NCBI GenBank assembly: GCA_037925075.1
Contig: JAXSNR010000002.1
Coordinates: 416,001 to 480,000 of the forward strand
DNA length: 64,000 nucleotides
Direction of reading: 5' to 3'
Origin: Aquificaceae bacterium
GTDB taxonomy: Bacteria > Aquificota > Aquificia > Aquificales > Aquificaceae
The position numbers and the translations under genes are program-made. Below, piece by piece: positions 58,919-64,000 of the stretch. Below the pieces are notes generated by a model. It was not told where the DNA came from. It did no database searches and was given only the letters and a program-made list of their open reading frames with translations. The stretch's first letter is position 1; the number at the start of each line of letters is the position of its first letter.

Positions 58919-61414
58919 ATGAGACTTCTTTTAGAGGAGGGGGTGGTCTTACCAGAGATCCAAGACCACAAAAAGACAGCCCTTATAAGGGGCGGACAGG
59001 AGATAAGCTACGCAGAGCTTATAGAAAACATCTCCAGCTTTGCCACACTTATAGACATCCTACCAAATGAAAGGGTACTTCTATGTGCGGAAAACAGGCC
59101 CGAATGGGTCTATGCCCTCTACGGTGCATGGCAAAGGGGTGGGATTGTGGTCCCCGTGGACTTTATGTCCAGCGCCGATGAGATTCTTTACATCTTAAAG
59201 GAGACAGAGCCTTCCGTGGTCTTTTGTTCAAAGCAGACAGAAAAGACCGTCAGGGAAGCCCTTGAGAGGTCTGGAGTTGGGTCTCTCCTTTACAACTTTG
59301 ACACCTTGATTATGCCAAAACCTTATGGAAAGTCCATGAGCAGAGGTCTAAGCGAGACTGCCTTGATTCTATACACCTCTGGCACCACGGGACAACCAAA
59401 GGGTGTGATGCTAAGCTTTAAAAACTTGCTCTCCAACATAAGGGCTATAGAGAAGGTGGGCGTGGCGGGAAGAGAGGACAGAACCCTTGCCCTTTTGCCC
59501 TTCCATCATTCCTATCCTCTTATGGTGACCCTTCTTGTGCCCTTGTATCTTGGTGCGACGGTGGTCTTCTTGGAAAGGCTTAGCTCCGAAGAGCTTTTGA
59601 AAACTCTAAGGGAGTATAGGATCACCATCTTGGTGGGCGTTCCAAGACTTTACCAGCTTTTGCACCAAAAAATAATGGATGGGCTTAAGGCTAACCCTCT
59701 TGGAAGGCTCCTTTTTAAGCTCTCACCCTACATGGGGCAAAGGCTCAGGAGGATAGTCTTCGGAAGGGTTCACAAGGCTTTTGGGGGAAGCATAAGGTAT
59801 CTTGTGAGCGGGGGTGCCAAGCTACCCTTGGAGGTTGCCCTTGACCTTAACAGGCTTGGCTTTACCGTACTTGAAGGCTACGGTCTTACGGAGACCTCAC
59901 CCATAGTCTCCTTTAATCCACCTCAAAGGCCAAAGCTTGGCTCTGTGGGACTACCCATAGAGGAGGTGTATGTAAAGATAAGCCAAGAGGGAGAAGTGCT
60001 TGTAAGGGGTGTGAATGTGATGCAGGGCTACTACAAAAAACCAGAAGAAACCAAAAAGGCCTTCAAAGATGGTTGGCTACTCACCGGCGACCTTGGATAC
60101 CTTGACGAGGAGGGATACCTTTACATCACGGGTAGGAAAAAGGAGGTTTTGGTCCTCTCTGGTGGGAAAAAGGTAAACCCAGAGGAGCTTGAAAGTCTTA
60201 TATTGGTGGAGGGTAAGGGAAGAATAAAGGAAGTGGCGGTTTTGGAAGTAGATGGAACCGTAAAAGCCCTTGTCCTACCAGACTTTGAGCTTCTGAAAAG
60301 GGAAGGGGTCTTAAACCTTGAGGAGTTTGTCAGGTGGCAGGTGATTGACAAGGTAAACCAAAGGCTTCCAGAGTGGAAAAGGATAACGGGCTTTAGGCTG
60401 ATCAAGGAAGAGCTTCCAAAGACAAGGCTCGGAAAGCTAAGGAGGTTTTTGCTTCCTAATATATACCAGTCCGCAGAGGTGCATGGAGAAGGACAGGAAG
60501 ATAGGGAGGTGATGAGCGGTCAAGAAGGTCAAACCATAAGGTCCTTTTTGCAAAGGCTAACTCAGAGGGAGGTAAAGGGATACCACCACCTTGAGCTTGA
60601 CCTTGGACTGGATTCTCTTGGAAAGGTGGAGTTTCTTAGCTTCCTTGAGTCCACCTTTGGAGTTTCTATCACCGAAGAAGACCTTATAAAAAGTCCAACG
60701 GTGCAAGAGGTGGTAAGGCTTGTAATAGAAAGAAGGGAAAAGATGGAGCTTTCGCAGGTTCAGTGGAAGGAGATACTTCTGGGAGGAGAGCCTTACCAAC
60801 TGGAAGAGCATGCCCTTGCCTTTGGCACTGGAAGACTGGTTCTTAAAGCCTTCTTCCGCCTTTACAACCGCCTTGAGGTTTTTGGAGTGGAAAACCTTCC
60901 CGAGCCCCCCTTCATACTGGCACCCAACCATGCCAGCTATTTGGATGGCTTTGTTCTGGCTTGTGCCTTGCCGTCAAAGATAGCCCTAAGGACCTACTTT
61001 CTCGGAGCGGAAGAATACTTTAGAAATCCTGTAAGTGCCCTCTTTGGGAGGCTTGCCCATGTGATAACGGTCAATTTGGATAAAAAGCTAAAGGAATCTC
61101 TCCAAAAGACTGCATGGGCTTTGAGGCTTGGCAAGGTGGTGGTCATATTTCCAGAGGGTGCAAGGACAAGAGAGGGAAACCTTCTACCCTTTAGAAAGGG
61201 CTTTGCCTTGCTAAGCAAAGAACTTGGCGTGCCAGTGGTGCCTGTAGCCATAAAGGGAACTTATCAGTCCATGTCCATCTATGATAGGTTCCCAAAGCCT
61301 GCAAAGATAATAGTGGTCTTTGGACAGCCCATACACCCAGAGGGAAAGAGCTACGAGGAGGTGGTGGAGGAGACAAGGAGAGAGGTGGAAAGGCTACTCT
61401 CTAATAAATTATGA
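58919..61414 (+). CDS. long-chain acyl-CoA synthetase fused to ACP and 1-acylglycerol-3-P acyltransferase domains
   Basis: YTSGTTGQPKG, GYGLTE, LGLDSL (ACP Ser), NHASYLD and FPEG. Confidence 0.88.
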   Translation: MRLLLEEGVVLPEIQDHKKTALIRGGQEISYAELIENISSFATLIDILPNERVLLCAENRPEWVYALYGAWQRGGIVVPVDFMSSADEILYILKETEPSVVFCSKQTEKTVREALERSGVGSLLYNFDTLIMPKPYGKSMSRGLSETALILYTSGTTGQPKGVMLSFKNLLSNIRAIEKVGVAGREDRTLALLPFHHSYPLMVTLLVPLYLGATVVFLERLSSEELLKTLREYRITILVGVPRLYQLLHQKIMDGLKANPLGRLLFKLSPYMGQRLRRIVFGRVHKAFGGSIRYLVSGGAKLPLEVALDLNRLGFTVLEGYGLTETSPIVSFNPPQRPKLGSVGLPIEEVYVKISQEGEVLVRGVNVMQGYYKKPEETKKAFKDGWLLTGDLGYLDEEGYLYITGRKKEVLVLSGGKKVNPEELESLILVEGKGRIKEVAVLEVDGTVKALVLPDFELLKREGVLNLEEFVRWQVIDKVNQRLPEWKRITGFRLIKEELPKTRLGKLRRFLLPNIYQSAEVHGEGQEDREVMSGQEGQTIRSFLQRLTQREVKGYHHLELDLGLDSLGKVEFLSFLESTFGVSITEEDLIKSPTVQEVVRLVIERREKMELSQVQWKEILLGGEPYQLEEHALAFGTGRLVLKAFFRLYNRLEVFGVENLPEPPFILAPNHASYLDGFVLACALPSKIALRTYFLGAEEYFRNPVSALFGRLAHVITVNLDKKLKESLQKTAWALRLGKVVVIFPEGARTREGNLLPFRKGFALLSKELGVPVVPVAIKGTYQSMSIYDRFPKPAKIIVVFGQPIHPEGKSYEEVVEETRREVERLLSNKL

Positions 61415-61433
61415 ACCGAAGGCTTGTCTGTAG

Positions 61434-64000
<2,567 letters not shown>

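Overview
64 kb of dense chromosome from a thermophilic bacterium, very probably Aquificae (Hydrogenobacter/Thermocrinis-like; inferred from gene content such as BpsA, an ATP-dependent ligase, a group 3b [NiFe]-hydrogenase and the CRISPR repeat types). Most genes are housekeeping (gyrB, accD/accC, hisG/hisIE, prfB, lysC, dapA, mraY, alaS, four tRNAs). The accessory content is: (1) a type III-A CRISPR-Cas locus (cas6, cas10, csm2-5) with no cas1/cas2 or CARF effector in the window, and two arrays whose leaders are duplicates of each other; (2) directly downstream of cas6, a candidate ~90-nt non-coding RNA with a consensus sigma70 promoter and a pseudo-repeat / C-rich spacer / pseudo-repeat layout, the most novel-looking element; (3) a second cas6, 5'-truncated exactly at a solitary CRISPR repeat of a different family; (4) an aioXSR-like arsenite-sensing module with no oxidase genes next to it; (5) two decayed toxin-antitoxin pairs. 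Many genes look leaderless. All calls come from reading motifs by eye; no searches were run.
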